DNA from: Salinispira sp.
GTDB taxonomy: Bacteria; Spirochaetota; Spirochaetia; DSM-27196; Salinispiraceae
Length of the DNA: 64,000 nt
Assembly: GCA_965602015.1 (NCBI GenBank)
Contig: OZ271918.1
Coordinates: 1,600,001-1,664,000, forward strand
Reading direction: 5' to 3'
The notes under the pieces were generated by a model. The model did not search any database and was not told where the DNA came from. It worked only from the letters and a program-made list of their open reading frames with translations. A program made the translations under genes and the position numbers. Position 1 is the stretch's first letter. Each line of letters begins with the position of its first letter. Below, in pieces: positions 9,883 through 20,406 of this stretch.

Positions 9883-11724
9883 TCAGAGGTTGTTTGACGT
9901 ACAATACTGGTTTATGACGTCGAGGAAACTTTCACCGTACACCCGGGCCTTGTGCTCACCCACACCCCTCACACGATGAAAGTCACTGAGGCTGCGGGGC
10001 ACGATTCGCGCCATATCCCTGAGGCTCACATCGGAAAACACCACATAGGGAGGTTTGCCTATTTCCCGGGCAATCGCCGTTCTATGCTCCCGAAGTTTTT
10101 CAAACAGTTCATGGTCATGAGGCCCATCGGCCTCGTGGGTAAATTGGGATCGGGCTTTTTTTAGGTCTTCCTGACGGCGCTTAATAGTATCAAAACTGAT
10201 GAGCTGGACTTCTTCCCGACCATACATGACGGGCTTCGATAATTCGGTGAACTTAAGCGTGAAATGATCCCGGTAATCTATTTCGAGAATGCCCAGCTGA
10301 ATCATCTGCTGAATATATAGCTGCCAGGCAAAGGCCGAAGTTTCCCGTCCCGCCCCATAGGTCTTGATCGCATGAAGGCCCCGCTCTTCAATTTCGCGGG
10401 TAGCGGAACCGCGCAAAACATCGACCAAGGTGGTGACTGAAAGTTTCTCCCGGGCACGGATGACCGCGGAAAGAGCTTTTTGTGCGTGAATGCTGCCGTT
10501 AAAATACTCCGGAGGATTGGAGCAAACATCACAATTTCCACAGGGCTCGCTGACCGCCTCGCTGAAATAAGAGAGCAGTACCCGTCGTCGGCAGACCGAA
10601 CTTTCGGCATATTCCTGCATACGATCGAGTTTAGCCCGTTGAATCCGCCGATAATCGGGGTCGGATATTTCTTCGATATATCCCTGACGTGTCTGAACAT
10701 CCCGATAGCTATAAAAGAGAAAGGCTTCGGCAGGATCGCCGTCCCGCCCTGCCCGGCCGATCTCCTGATAATAACTTTCCAGGTTCCCGGGCATGTTGTA
10801 ATGATTCACAAATCGGATATCCGGTTTGTCTATGCCCATACCGAAGGCGATTGTGGCGCAAATGACCGGTGTGCGACCGTCGATGAACCGATCGTGCACC
10901 GAGTCACGGTCCTCATCGCTCATTCCCGCATGGTAGGCCTCTGCCTTATGACCGGATGAGTTCAGTTTATCTGAGAGCTGCTCGCAGGCCCGACGGCTGC
11001 CGCAGTAAATAATACCGCTCTCCAGCGGGTGGCGGGATAGGATCGAGAGTATCTGCTGATACTTTTTTTGGCCCGGCAACACGCTCAGGGAGATGTTCGG
11101 CCGGTCGAATGAACTGATAAACGATTCGGGTTCTTTCATGCCCAGAAGATCGCCGATTTCACTCCGCACTGCCCGGTCCGCAGTCGCCGTAAGAGCGGCG
11201 ACCGGCACGCCGGGCAATCGCTCGACCAGCCGTCTGAGCTGTCGGTACTCCGGACGAAAACTGTGCCCCCAACTGGAGACGCAGTGGGCTTCATCGATGG
11301 CCAGAAGCCGGATCGGCAGGCCGGGAAGCTCGGAGAGGAATCCAGCGCTTAGAGCCCGCTCTGGACTTACATATAATAGTTTGGTTGCTCCGCTGCGGAC
11401 CCGTTCCAATACAGCTCGGCCTTCGTCGGGTTTTACGGTAGAATTATAAAACGCAGCATCCACCCCGTTGGCCTGAAGAGCGTTGACCTGGTCTTTCATG
11501 AGAGAGATGAGGGGGGAAATCACCAGAGTCACACCCTCGTTGACCAGCGACGGAATCTGATAGCACAGCGACTTGCCCCCGCCGGTGGGCATAAGAATTA
11601 TGCAATCGCCGCCCTCGAGCAAGCGCTCGATGATTTCCCTCTGGGGATGGCGGAAACTCTGGTATCCGAAGGTGGATTTCAAGACTTCAATAAGCTGATC
11701 GCTGCCGGTGCTGGGTTTTTCCAT
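9883..11724 (-). CDS. recQ: ATP-dependent DNA helicase RecQ
   Basis: MPTGGGKS, DEAHC, QEIGRAGRDG, Zn-binding CRR..CGNCDVC, RQC and HRDC (PPYVVFSD) domains. Confidence 0.95.
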   Translation of the reverse strand: MEKPSTGSDQLIEVLKSTFGYQSFRHPQREIIERLLEGGDCIILMPTGGGKSLCYQIPSLVNEGVTLVISPLISLMKDQVNALQANGVDAAFYNSTVKPDEGRAVLERVRSGATKLLYVSPERALSAGFLSELPGLPIRLLAIDEAHCVSSWGHSFRPEYRQLRRLVERLPGVPVAALTATADRAVRSEIGDLLGMKEPESFISSFDRPNISLSVLPGQKKYQQILSILSRHPLESGIIYCGSRRACEQLSDKLNSSGHKAEAYHAGMSDEDRDSVHDRFIDGRTPVICATIAFGMGIDKPDIRFVNHYNMPGNLESYYQEIGRAGRDGDPAEAFLFYSYRDVQTRQGYIEEISDPDYRRIQRAKLDRMQEYAESSVCRRRVLLSYFSEAVSEPCGNCDVCSNPPEYFNGSIHAQKALSAVIRAREKLSVTTLVDVLRGSATREIEERGLHAIKTYGAGRETSAFAWQLYIQQMIQLGILEIDYRDHFTLKFTELSKPVMYGREEVQLISFDTIKRRQEDLKKARSQFTHEADGPHDHELFEKLREHRTAIAREIGKPPYVVFSDVSLRDMARIVPRSLSDFHRVRGVGEHKARVYGESFLDVINQYCTSNNL

Positions 11725-11890
11725 CGCCGACAACTGTATCACAAAGCAGTGAAGCGGCGCATCAGACAGCGGAAAAAAGTGGACTAGCCGGGAATATCGG
11801 TATTTAATATTGAACGCATATTTACACAGGTCCAGCGTTCGCCAGGCGATCATGCCGGAAAGGTTGTACCGCCGCAGAAGGGAGCAGGTT

Positions 11891-12892
11891 ATGGCGTATT
11901 ATATGGGAGTTGATATTGGTGCCAGCACAGTCAAACTCGGATTGTATCACCGGTCAAAAGGCATCATCGGCACACGGATGGACTATCCCGCCAGGGCCAA
12001 CGAGGGACCGGAGGCCACAATGCAGGTAATCAAATCCGCATCCAGCGCCATTTTGGAACAGCATGGGCTCAGCGCCGGAGCGTTGACCGCCGCAGGGGCC
12101 TGCTGCCCCACGCCGATTGACCTGGAGGGGATGTGCGTGTACCCGACAAATATCGACGACTCCTGGCGGGGCGTAAATGTGAAAGAGCTGTTATCCCGTA
12201 CCCTCGGCGTACCTGCCCTGCTTCTCAATGATGGAGACGCCGCAGCCTATCGGGAGTATCAGGTACGAAAAGACCGGAAGATTGAATCGCCCCTGATGGC
12301 CCAACTGATAACCGGCACCGGTCTTGGCGGATCGGTAATCATCGCGGGCGATATTCTTGTCGGCCCCCTGCCGGCCACCGAGCTGGGTCACATACCAACC
12401 GATTCATCTTCTGATGCTGATCACTGCGGCTGCGGAGCCACAGGATGCGCGGAAACCAAATCCTCTCTGATGGGTCTGAGAAATCTCGTGCGCCGGAGGC
12501 AGGCCCTGGGCAATGTACCCCTTGAGCTGCAGGGAGAGCCCATGACGGTGGCAAAAACTCTCAGACGTCTGAGCCAACAAGACCAGCCGCTGAGCGATGT
12601 CACCGACATTTGGAGAATCTATTTCGCTAACCTCGGTGTCCTTTCAAGAATTATCTCCAACGCCTTCGGGTGCAACCTCATCGTTATATCCGGAGGAGCC
12701 CAGGAGCGGGAAGCAGGGGTTTCCGAGGCAGCCTACGAGCGTTTCAAATCCGATGCCATTGGGTGGATTCGCGAGACCCTGGAAGCGGGCTTTCCCCACC
12801 TGCGGAATGTACGGGTTGAGTGGGCAATAGACGAGATCCCCGATAGCGCCTGTTTCGGCGCAGCCCAATATGCCGCGGCCCGAATTGCATAG
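11891..12892 (+). CDS. ROK family sugar kinase
   Basis: GVDIGAS, LLNDGDAA, GTGLGG, ELGH..CGCG..GCAE; no HTH; GGAG RBS. Confidence 0.85.
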   Translation: MAYYMGVDIGASTVKLGLYHRSKGIIGTRMDYPARANEGPEATMQVIKSASSAILEQHGLSAGALTAAGACCPTPIDLEGMCVYPTNIDDSWRGVNVKELLSRTLGVPALLLNDGDAAAYREYQVRKDRKIESPLMAQLITGTGLGGSVIIAGDILVGPLPATELGHIPTDSSSDADHCGCGATGCAETKSSLMGLRNLVRRRQALGNVPLELQGEPMTVAKTLRRLSQQDQPLSDVTDIWRIYFANLGVLSRIISNAFGCNLIVISGGAQEREAGVSEAAYERFKSDAIGWIRETLEAGFPHLRNVRVEWAIDEIPDSACFGAAQYAAARIA

Positions 12893-13018
12893 CGCACCCT
12901 CCAATAGGTAATCCGCCGGCGGCTTTCTGATAATAATTAACCCGGAGTAAAATTGAATGATACTTCAATATGGTATATGTTGTTATAGTCCCACTACATG
13001 TAAAAAGGAGGCTCTATC

Positions 13019-15532
13019 TTGAAAAATAGAACCTTGATACTTGCAATTGCGGTAATTGCCGTCGCGGCCATTACCGGTTGTAACCTGGCAAACCTGACAA
13101 TCCCGGAAACCATTACCATTAAAGGCGCACCTGCCCTGGAAGTGCCCGGCGGAGTACGCGAAGTGGATGTCCTTGGTCTCATCGGCTTTCAAGACATCCT
13201 CAGCGGTATAGAAGATCCGGAGACCGGCATTTCCCTTGCGGACACCGCCCCCGGTGAACCGCTGGCCCTCAATCTCAGGAAGGAATTAATAGACATCTCC
13301 CTTGATGATTTCGCCGGAGAAACCCTTGACCCCACTGCCGTCAGTCAGACAATAAACGTCAGTTTTGATATCCCCAGCATTGACCTGACAACTCCTTCAA
13401 TTACCAGCAACATTGCCCCGATCGCATTGCCCGGGTCCATTTCCATACCCCCCCAGTCTTTTCCCGGAGTTGAGCCACCGGCCCCTCAAGCCCTACCGGC
13501 GATCAGCGCCACGGTTCCCGCAAGCGGATTTACTTCGGTAACCTTTGACGGAGGGACCCTTGAGGCGGTTCTGAGCCTGGCAAATGCTTCGGGAGGCTTA
13601 ACGGTCGACGTGACCAGCGCTGATATACTTCCGGCCGGCGGAGGCACTCCCATCGCCGCTGCTGCTTCAATCACCGGTACTGCTACCAGCATCACCGATA
13701 TTACCATCACCTTTAACCTGGCAGGAATTACCCTCCCAGACAGTTTCGACATTGAACTCATAGCAAATGCCGATGGGGGGGATACCTCTGCATTTGACAT
13801 GAACCTTAACTTTGCCTTCTCTGCGGCTACAATATCCGCCGCCGAAGGAGTCGACTTCACCGAGAGCGTCGGGGGAAGCACCACCATTCCAAGCGCCTCG
13901 GCGGATTTTCAAACTGCCACAATAGGTTCGGGTTCTCTCGATCTGACTACCACCCTCCTGCCGGGGTTTACGGGCATCGGGACCGATGTTTCCATTACCC
14001 TGAATCAGGGAGGTTCTCCCATCGCCGGGGTGACCTGGCCGTACGATATGAGCGGCGGCCCCCTCGATCTTTCGGGGCTGACAATCTCAAATCAGGATAT
14101 CGTCGTGGATTACACCGTTGACATCACCGGCACTAACGCTACCTTCGCCCTCGACGCTGGGGCCGACGAGGTAACCGTCGACGTCACGGCTGACATCATC
14201 GATTTCTCATCTCTCGACGTTCCCGCTTCATTAATCGACACCAGCGGCATTGCCATCGATCCCATCGCAATACCGCAGGAAGTGCAGGATTTCGTCGATA
14301 CCGCAACCTTCGTCAATCCGGTCCTTCAGGTCCGGCTCGACAACCAGCTGCCCGCCGGGGTGGACATCGACCTCAACCTCGCCGTGGTACCCGCGGGATT
14401 CGCCCTGGCACCCCAGGGCTCCAGCTCCTTTCCTCCGGGCGCAGAGACCACAAATTTCTGGGAACTCACAAGCCGGACGGTCACCATGGACTTTGCGCAA
14501 ATTACCGTAACTCCTAGCGTAACCGTGGCAGGAGGTGCTGACCCCGTGACCTTGAGCAATGTTGCACCGGGCCAGACCTACACCTTGAGCGGATCGGTTG
14601 ATGCGACCCTTGAAATCGACGAGCTGGTAATTGCCAACTTCACCCAACCCCTGGATACCCTGCCGGATGTTCCCATCGACCTTTCCGGCATTGGCGGCAT
14701 ACTGCCCCCTGAGATTACCCTGACCGACATTACCGCCAATCTCGAGCTCAGTCCGAATGACTTCGTCGGAACTCTCTCACTGTTTCTTAATGCCCGTTAT
14801 GATCAGGATGGCGATGCCATCATCGATGAAATGGTGCTGATCGGCAGCGGTACCAGCGCTTCGCCGACTATGGCGGACTTTACCGACCTCAGCGTCGATA
14901 TCCCTCTCTCCGAAGCCGACCTGACACCGGGAGTCGGGATGGACGTGGTTATCAACGCCGCACCGGAAAACCTGGTCTTTGATTATCAGGTCGGCGTCAG
15001 CGGTGCCACTATTATAAACGACCCCGCCGAAGAAACCCGCTTCGGGGCAGTGCTGGACGGAAGAATCAATTTCGCGATGAACGCTTCTTCGGATGCGGAA
15101 CTCACGGATCCGGACACCGGCGATCCCATAATCCCTGCGGGGACCGAAGACATTTTCGGCCGAACGGCTGCCGAGCCCGACGGAGGAATCGCGGATTTCC
15201 TCGGTTTCGCAAGCCGGGTGGCACTGAACTATGAGATGGACAACAATCTGGGCATTCAAATCAAGGCGGCAATCGTGGACGATGCCATTGGTACGACTCC
15301 CGGTGAGTTCAGAAAAGAAATCGATTTGATCTCCGGATCAAACGTCATAGAACTCACTGCTGAAGACATCCAGCGAATTGTCGATGACTACGACTTCAGG
15401 CCCGCAGTGCACTTGTTTATTGCGGAGGGCAATCATCAGATTCTGACCGACGGCACGGTGACCATCAGCGCATCTATTCTGGTGGAAAGCGACGTTGAAT
15501 ACGTGTTCGACCTCAGCGGATCGGAAGAATAG
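13019..15532 (+). CDS. large acidic beta-rich lipoprotein of unknown function
   Basis: TTG start with GGAGG RBS; lipobox ITG-C; alternating beta patterns; D/T/I-rich and K/R-poor. Confidence 0.85.
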   Translation: MKNRTLILAIAVIAVAAITGCNLANLTIPETITIKGAPALEVPGGVREVDVLGLIGFQDILSGIEDPETGISLADTAPGEPLALNLRKELIDISLDDFAGETLDPTAVSQTINVSFDIPSIDLTTPSITSNIAPIALPGSISIPPQSFPGVEPPAPQALPAISATVPASGFTSVTFDGGTLEAVLSLANASGGLTVDVTSADILPAGGGTPIAAAASITGTATSITDITITFNLAGITLPDSFDIELIANADGGDTSAFDMNLNFAFSAATISAAEGVDFTESVGGSTTIPSASADFQTATIGSGSLDLTTTLLPGFTGIGTDVSITLNQGGSPIAGVTWPYDMSGGPLDLSGLTISNQDIVVDYTVDITGTNATFALDAGADEVTVDVTADIIDFSSLDVPASLIDTSGIAIDPIAIPQEVQDFVDTATFVNPVLQVRLDNQLPAGVDIDLNLAVVPAGFALAPQGSSSFPPGAETTNFWELTSRTVTMDFAQITVTPSVTVAGGADPVTLSNVAPGQTYTLSGSVDATLEIDELVIANFTQPLDTLPDVPIDLSGIGGILPPEITLTDITANLELSPNDFVGTLSLFLNARYDQDGDAIIDEMVLIGSGTSASPTMADFTDLSVDIPLSEADLTPGVGMDVVINAAPENLVFDYQVGVSGATIINDPAEETRFGAVLDGRINFAMNASSDAELTDPDTGDPIIPAGTEDIFGRTAAEPDGGIADFLGFASRVALNYEMDNNLGIQIKAAIVDDAIGTTPGEFRKEIDLISGSNVIELTAEDIQRIVDDYDFRPAVHLFIAEGNHQILTDGTVTISASILVESDVEYVFDLSGSEE

Positions 15533-15541
15533 GAGGCTGCC

Positions 15542-16819
15542 GTGAAAAATCAGACTATGCAAAAACTTGTAATTCTTGTGACTCTCATGCTTATTATTGT
15601 TCCTTCAAGCCTGATAGCAGACCCTCCCCGATCGTGGAACCACGATTCAAATCCAGCACTCCTGGGTATCAGGAACCGGCGGATTTTCGAAATCGGCATG
15701 AGTCCCGAATTTAATCTGGGAAACAATTACTTTAATCTCGCCGAAACCCTGGTTCAAGATCTGGTCATCGATCTCAATGACATATACAGCAATCTGGGAG
15801 ACAGGGATTTACGTATTGCCAGTACGGTCTCTGCCGAAGCCCATGCGGTGTTTTCGATTCTGGGTATTTCCATAGGCGCGTATTCGAATGTCGAAGGGCT
15901 GGTTTCCGCCGGTATCCCGAATTCCATTTTTGATCTTGTAGCCAACGGCAGCACCTTTGAAGATGAGGATCTCCTTGGTCAATCCCGGGTACGCGGCAGG
16001 GTCTTTGCAGATGCCGGCGTGTATGCGGGGTACCGTTTGCGCCGCGATCACTACTTCGGAGTAAAAGTCGGGGCATTCGCACCGGTGTTCTATACCGACA
16101 ACGCATCGGAACTCAGCTTCGGCTTTTCCACCGATTCCGAAACTTCCAACACCGTCGTTGATCTCGGTGCAAACGTTATTGCCTATTCCGCCCTGGATTT
16201 CGAAAACCTCGACAGCTTCGATCCCAATTCAGCTAGCTCCTTACTCAACGGCGTCAAACTGGATATCGGGTACGTCCGGGGAGACCGCAGGAAGCCGATT
16301 TACGGATTTAACATTAGCGGAATAACCCTTCAACCCGCAACGGTGGGCAATAGCGTAACCATCAATGTAGAAGAGCAGATCGTCCTTCAAAATCCCCTTG
16401 GCAACTTCGGTGAAGAAGGAGAAGGCTCAAATGAGCTTGTGGTTCTTCCCGAGTTCGCGGTGGAACCGGTTTATGAAAGCGGTCTTGATCAGCGAATTTT
16501 TATGCCGATACAGCTTGGAGGTTTCTACCGTCTGAGAGCGATTCCACTGATAGATCTCATAGGCCACGCCCAGCTTTACCTGGAGAAGCCCGTGTACTTC
16601 GGCGCCGGGTTAATTGTCGAAGGCAGCTTCTTCCCGTTCAATATCGTAAGCGCCAGCTTCGGCTATGACCGGAACATGTGGAATACCGGTCTGGGTTTGA
16701 AGTTTAACCTGTGGGTGACCGAGATCGGCCTCGATGTGGGCTTCAATTCGGTCAACCTGGGCAACCTCTTCAACGTCAGTGGCGCAGGCTTAAAAGTATA
16801 TTTTGCCATTGGGATGTAA
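15542..16819 (+). CDS. probable outer-membrane beta-barrel (DUF5723/FadL-like)
   Basis: Signal peptide; N-terminal NPA motif; amphipathic strands; C-terminal LKVYFAIGM; GGAGG RBS. Confidence 0.65.
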   Translation: MKNQTMQKLVILVTLMLIIVPSSLIADPPRSWNHDSNPALLGIRNRRIFEIGMSPEFNLGNNYFNLAETLVQDLVIDLNDIYSNLGDRDLRIASTVSAEAHAVFSILGISIGAYSNVEGLVSAGIPNSIFDLVANGSTFEDEDLLGQSRVRGRVFADAGVYAGYRLRRDHYFGVKVGAFAPVFYTDNASELSFGFSTDSETSNTVVDLGANVIAYSALDFENLDSFDPNSASSLLNGVKLDIGYVRGDRRKPIYGFNISGITLQPATVGNSVTINVEEQIVLQNPLGNFGEEGEGSNELVVLPEFAVEPVYESGLDQRIFMPIQLGGFYRLRAIPLIDLIGHAQLYLEKPVYFGAGLIVEGSFFPFNIVSASFGYDRNMWNTGLGLKFNLWVTEIGLDVGFNSVNLGNLFNVSGAGLKVYFAIGM

Positions 16820-16843
16820 TGTAAGATTGAAATTCGATTTTTT

Positions 16844-16876
16844 GGCTGCCGGATATAGACCCGGCAGCCTTTTTTT
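16844..16876 (+). terminator. intrinsic terminator of the lipoprotein/barrel operon
   Basis: GGCTGCCGG-n8-CCGGCAGCC followed by T7. Confidence 0.85.
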
Positions 16877-16892
16877 GGCGAAGAGGGACTTG
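16877..16892 (-). repeat. direct-repeat copy of the tRNA-Val 3' end
   Basis: GGCGAAGAGGGACTTG is identical to 17111-17126. Confidence 0.85.
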
Positions 16893-17064
16893 CCCTCCTC
16901 TCCCTCGACTTCCTGTCTCGGTCGCTCCGGGCGTCTCGGGGCAATTCGCCCCATCCTTGGGGCTCTTCGCTCCCTTTTCGGTCGCGCCGCCTATTCGTGC
17001 GTTCCTCGCCATGCATGATGGCTGCGGTACGCACGATTTCCGTTTCAAGTCCAATTATCTCATA

Positions 17065-17107
17065 TACGAAAAAAGGACCATCCCTGAGGGATGATCCTTT
17101 TTTCGTA
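17065..17107. terminator. bidirectional terminator-like hairpin 3' of tRNA-Val
   Basis: 20-bp inverted repeat TACGAAAAAAGGA(C/T)CATCCC with 1 mismatch and a 3-nt loop. Confidence 0.8.
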
Positions 17108-17108
17108 A

Positions 17109-17181
17109 TGGGCGAAGAGGGACTTGAACCCCCGACATCCTGCTTGTAAGGCAGGCGCTCTCCCAACTGAGCTATTCGCCC
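17109..17181 (-). tRNA. tRNA-Val(TAC)
   Basis: GGGCGAA acceptor stem, TAGCTCAGTTGGGAGAGC D arm, CCTGC-CTTACAA-GCAGG anticodon arm, GTTCAAGTCC T loop; CCA not encoded. Confidence 0.97.
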
Positions 17182-17206
17182 GTTCCTGCGTTTTGCAACG
17201 AAGGAG

Positions 17207-17236
17207 AATGTATCAAAATGCTGCCTCTTATGTCAA
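17207..17236 (-). promoter_or_regulatory. sigma70 promoter of tRNA-Val
   Basis: TTGACA-18-TACATT with TGn extension. Confidence 0.65.
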
Positions 17237-17385
17237 CGACTATAGTAAAAAAGTTAATCGATAGTTTTGTCTTTTTTTCTGACAGGCGGCTGCGCTGGCC
17301 GAGGTTCAGCGGATTGTAGCTGCAAGGTTATCATGATATTATCTGAGTCCATTCTGACTTGAATCAAAACTGGAGCATTTTATTT

Positions 17386-19410
17386 ATGAATCTTAAGCGA
17401 ACCCGAAATATTGGAATTATGGCCCATATCGATGCGGGTAAAACAACCACCACCGAACGCATACTTTTCTACACCGGGAAAAGCCATCGAATGGGAGGAG
17501 TCGACGAGGGCACGGCCACCATGGACTGGATGGTTCAGGAGCAAAACCGCGGCATAACAATCACCTCCGCGGCAACCACCTGCTACTGGAAAGACACAAA
17601 AATAAATATCATCGATACTCCGGGTCACGTGGACTTCACCGCTGAGGTCGAGCGCTCTTTGCGGGTTCTCGACGGCGCGGTTGCGATTTTCTGTGCGGTG
17701 GGAGGGGTTGAGCCCCAGAGCGAAACTGTGTGGCATCAAGCAGACAGCTATAATGTTCCGCGCATCGCCCATATTAACAAGATGGACAGGATCGGAGCTG
17801 ATTTCTACGCGGTCCTGGAAGAAATGGATGCAAAGTTTCAGTGCAATCCCGTTGCATGGCAAATTCCCATTGGCGCAGAGTCGGACTTTGATGCAGTCAT
17901 AGATCTGATCAAAATGAAGGAACTTCATTTTGAGGGGCCTGAGGGTCGGGAACTTGTTGAGAAAGATATCAGGGAAGAGATGCAAGACAAAGCAGATGAG
18001 ATGCGGGAGAAGATGCTCGATGAACTCAGTCAGCATTCAGATGAGCTGACAGAGCTTTTCCTTGAAGGCAATGAAATTCCCCAAGAGCTCATTCACTCAA
18101 TCTTCAGAAAAGCGACGCTGGAGCAGACCCTTGTACCGGTAAGCTGCGGCGCATCACTGAGAAACATCGGCGTCCAACCGCTACTCGACGCGGTCTCGGC
18201 TTATCTTCCGGCGCCGGAGGAACTTCCGCCGGTGACGGCTCATCACATCAAAAAGGCTGTTGATGTGGAAGTTCCCCGAGATGAAGGCGGCGACCCCCTT
18301 GCGCTGATCTTTAAAATTCAACACGACCCCAGCGCGGGGGCGATGTGCTTTTTTCGGGTGTATTCCGGGGTACTCCAGGCCGGCAAGGCTTGTTTTAACA
18401 TCAGCAAAGGCAAACGAGAGCGGATAAACCGCATGTATCGCATGCACTCCAACAGTGAAGAAGCGGTTGAGGAGATGCGCGCCGGAGATATCGGAGTGAT
18501 CATCGGATTCAAACTGGCTCAGACCGGCGACACCATCGGAAGCGAAGGCGCTCAGCTTCTGCTGGAAAAAATGCATTTTCCCGAACCGGTAATCTCTTCG
18601 GCCATCGAACCCAAAACCTTGAGCGACCGCGACCGGCTCAAGACCACCCTGGATCTGCTCGCAAGGGAAGATCCCACCTTTTTCTGGAAGGAGGATGATG
18701 ACACCGGCGAGCTGATCATCAGCGGTATGGGTGAGCTCCACCTCGACGTCATGACCACCAGGGTTCGGGATGACTTCAAAGTTGATGCCCGAATGGGTAA
18801 GCCTCAGGTAACCTATCGCGAGAGCATTACCCAGACTCAAACTCACCGGGAAACCTTTAGTAAACTTATTGCCGGCAAGGAGCAAAACGCCGAGCTGACC
18901 ATAGAAGTAAAGCCTGCGGGCCGCGGGGCGGGAAACTCGGTGCGGTCCACAGTTTCCCCAGACGGCATTCCTGAGGTAATGCTCAAGGCTGCCATGAGGG
19001 GGCTTGAGTCGAGCCTTGGCGGAGGCATCCAGTTCGGATATCCCTGCATAGATATTGATGTCACCCTGACATCCGTTGTTTTTGATCCCGAGACGTCGAG
19101 CGAGTTCGCCTTCGAGGCGGCGGCCAGCATGGCGTTTGACAAGGCTTGTTCGGCGGCGGCACCGGTTATGCTGGAACCGGTTATGCGCATCGATATCATG
19201 TGTCCCAAAGAGTTCATCGGCGACGTGGTCTCCGGAATGACCATGCGAGGTGGCATTGTTCAGGAAATCGAATCGCGAGTTGCCGTGGAGCACATTCACG
19301 CCCAGGCTCCGCTGGAGAAGATGTTCGGTTACTCCACCGCCTTACGAAGCACAACACAGGGCCGCGGTACCTTCGCAATGGAATTCAGTCACTTCCAGCA
19401 GAAGATATAA
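17386..19410 (+). CDS. fusA: elongation factor G, spirochaete EF-G2 (ribosome-recycling) type
   Basis: [30 protein letters not shown]; domain IV lacks KQSGG and HxVDS. Confidence 0.9.
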   Translation: MNLKRTRNIGIMAHIDAGKTTTTERILFYTGKSHRMGGVDEGTATMDWMVQEQNRGITITSAATTCYWKDTKINIIDTPGHVDFTAEVERSLRVLDGAVAIFCAVGGVEPQSETVWHQADSYNVPRIAHINKMDRIGADFYAVLEEMDAKFQCNPVAWQIPIGAESDFDAVIDLIKMKELHFEGPEGRELVEKDIREEMQDKADEMREKMLDELSQHSDELTELFLEGNEIPQELIHSIFRKATLEQTLVPVSCGASLRNIGVQPLLDAVSAYLPAPEELPPVTAHHIKKAVDVEVPRDEGGDPLALIFKIQHDPSAGAMCFFRVYSGVLQAGKACFNISKGKRERINRMYRMHSNSEEAVEEMRAGDIGVIIGFKLAQTGDTIGSEGAQLLLEKMHFPEPVISSAIEPKTLSDRDRLKTTLDLLAREDPTFFWKEDDDTGELIISGMGELHLDVMTTRVRDDFKVDARMGKPQVTYRESITQTQTHRETFSKLIAGKEQNAELTIEVKPAGRGAGNSVRSTVSPDGIPEVMLKAAMRGLESSLGGGIQFGYPCIDIDVTLTSVVFDPETSSEFAFEAAASMAFDKACSAAAPVMLEPVMRIDIMCPKEFIGDVVSGMTMRGGIVQEIESRVAVEHIHAQAPLEKMFGYSTALRSTTQGRGTFAMEFSHFQQKI

Positions 19411-19420
19411 GAGATTATCA

Positions 19421-20011
19421 ATGAAAGAGGAAGCCCGCCGGGAAACCGGCGGTACCAGGGAACGAATTCTACACCAATCCTGCCGGTTGTTCGCCCTTAA
19501 GGGCTTCGAGGGGACGGCTGTCAGCGAGGTATGCCGGATGTGTGAAATCACCAAACCCAGCCTCTACTATCATTTTGATGGAAAAGACGACCTCTTCCTG
19601 TCCTGCCTGGAACATTCGAGGGAGTCGTTTTTTACTGCCCTTTCCGGGTCAATCGGATATTCCGGCGATCTTATCGGAAATATCCGCGCCCTATTCTCGG
19701 ATATCTTTGGTTTTGCCCATACTAATCCCTGGGAGTACCGCCTGGTGTTGACAACCCTCTTTTCCGGTGAGGAAAGCGCCGAGCGGCGAATCTCCCAGCC
19801 CCTGCTCACCGGGATTATGGAGCAATTCGCGGCGTTTTTTTCGCAAGCGGCACTCGATCACGGGAATCTCAAAGGCAGAGAGGCGGCGCTGGCCGCATCA
19901 TTCCTTGCTCAAAGTATGGGCGTACGGTCCCTGCTGAACGAGGCCGCATCACCGCCAAACGATGACGATCTCACCCGCATAACCCAGAGCTTTATGTACG
20001 GGATTTTCTGA
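19421..20011 (+). CDS. TetR/AcrR family transcriptional regulator
   Basis: TRERIL...LF..KGF..T.V..V......[16 protein letters not shown]. Confidence 0.9.
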   Translation: MKEEARRETGGTRERILHQSCRLFALKGFEGTAVSEVCRMCEITKPSLYYHFDGKDDLFLSCLEHSRESFFTALSGSIGYSGDLIGNIRALFSDIFGFAHTNPWEYRLVLTTLFSGEESAERRISQPLLTGIMEQFAAFFSQAALDHGNLKGREAALAASFLAQSMGVRSLLNEAASPPNDDDLTRITQSFMYGIF

Positions 20012-20271
20012 TGGACTGCAGACCGGGGTGCGGCGCCTGCTGCATAGCCATCTCGATCTCCTCCCCGCTTCCGGGAATGCCCGATGGAAAACCCGCGAGC
20101 ATTCCTTGCGTTAATCTCGATGATACGCTTTGCTGCCGTCTGCACGGCGGACCAGACTATCCTTCGGTATGCAGCGGCCTTAAACCCTCTGCCCAGATGT
20201 GCGGAACAAGCCGTAGCCATGCCATGGATTATCTCACTCTGCTTGAGCGACTCACCCTGCCGGACTCCTAA
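20011..20271 (+). CDS. YkgJ family cysteine-cluster protein
   Basis: [20 protein letters not shown]....C.L....YPSVC; TGATG overlap. Confidence 0.88.
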   Translation: MDCRPGCGACCIAISISSPLPGMPDGKPASIPCVNLDDTLCCRLHGGPDYPSVCSGLKPSAQMCGTSRSHAMDYLTLLERLTLPDS

Positions 20272-20335
20272 ACACAATTCTTTTCACTCGCTTGCAGCGC
20301 CACCGTAATCAATGAGAAGTATTTCCTTTATCCCC

Positions 20336-20365
20336 TTGACATACCTACCGTTCGGTATATAAACT
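20336..20365 (+). promoter_or_regulatory. sigma70 promoter with a TetR-type operator in the spacer
   Basis: TTGACA(20336)-18-TAAACT; palindrome TACCG-TT-CGGTA at 20346-20357. Confidence 0.65.
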
Positions 20366-20406
20366 CAGTTTATCTATTGCAGCCATTGGCTGCCAAGGAG
20401 CATACT

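Noticed and set aside
11725..11890. Overlapping extended starts of recQ and the ROK gene
   Set aside because: ORF-track artefacts; internal ATGs give canonical N-termini.
16877..17126. Intact prophage or integrative element at tRNA-Val
   Set aside because: Only 234 bp lie between the repeats and no integrase is present; kept as a mini-element finding instead.
16877..17126. CRISPR array
   Set aside because: Only two copies of a 16-bp tRNA-derived repeat; no regular spacers or cas genes in the window.
16663..17166. 167-aa minus-strand ORF and nested ORFs
   Set aside because: Runs through tRNA-Val, terminators and the antisense of the barrel gene; no protein features.
18181..19299. 372-aa antisense ORF
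   Set aside because: Shadow frame of fusA caused by codon bias.
19250..19420. N-terminal extension of TetR overlapping fusA (possible frameshift fusion)
   Set aside because: fusA ends normally; ATG 19421 gives a standard TetR; no slippery site seen.
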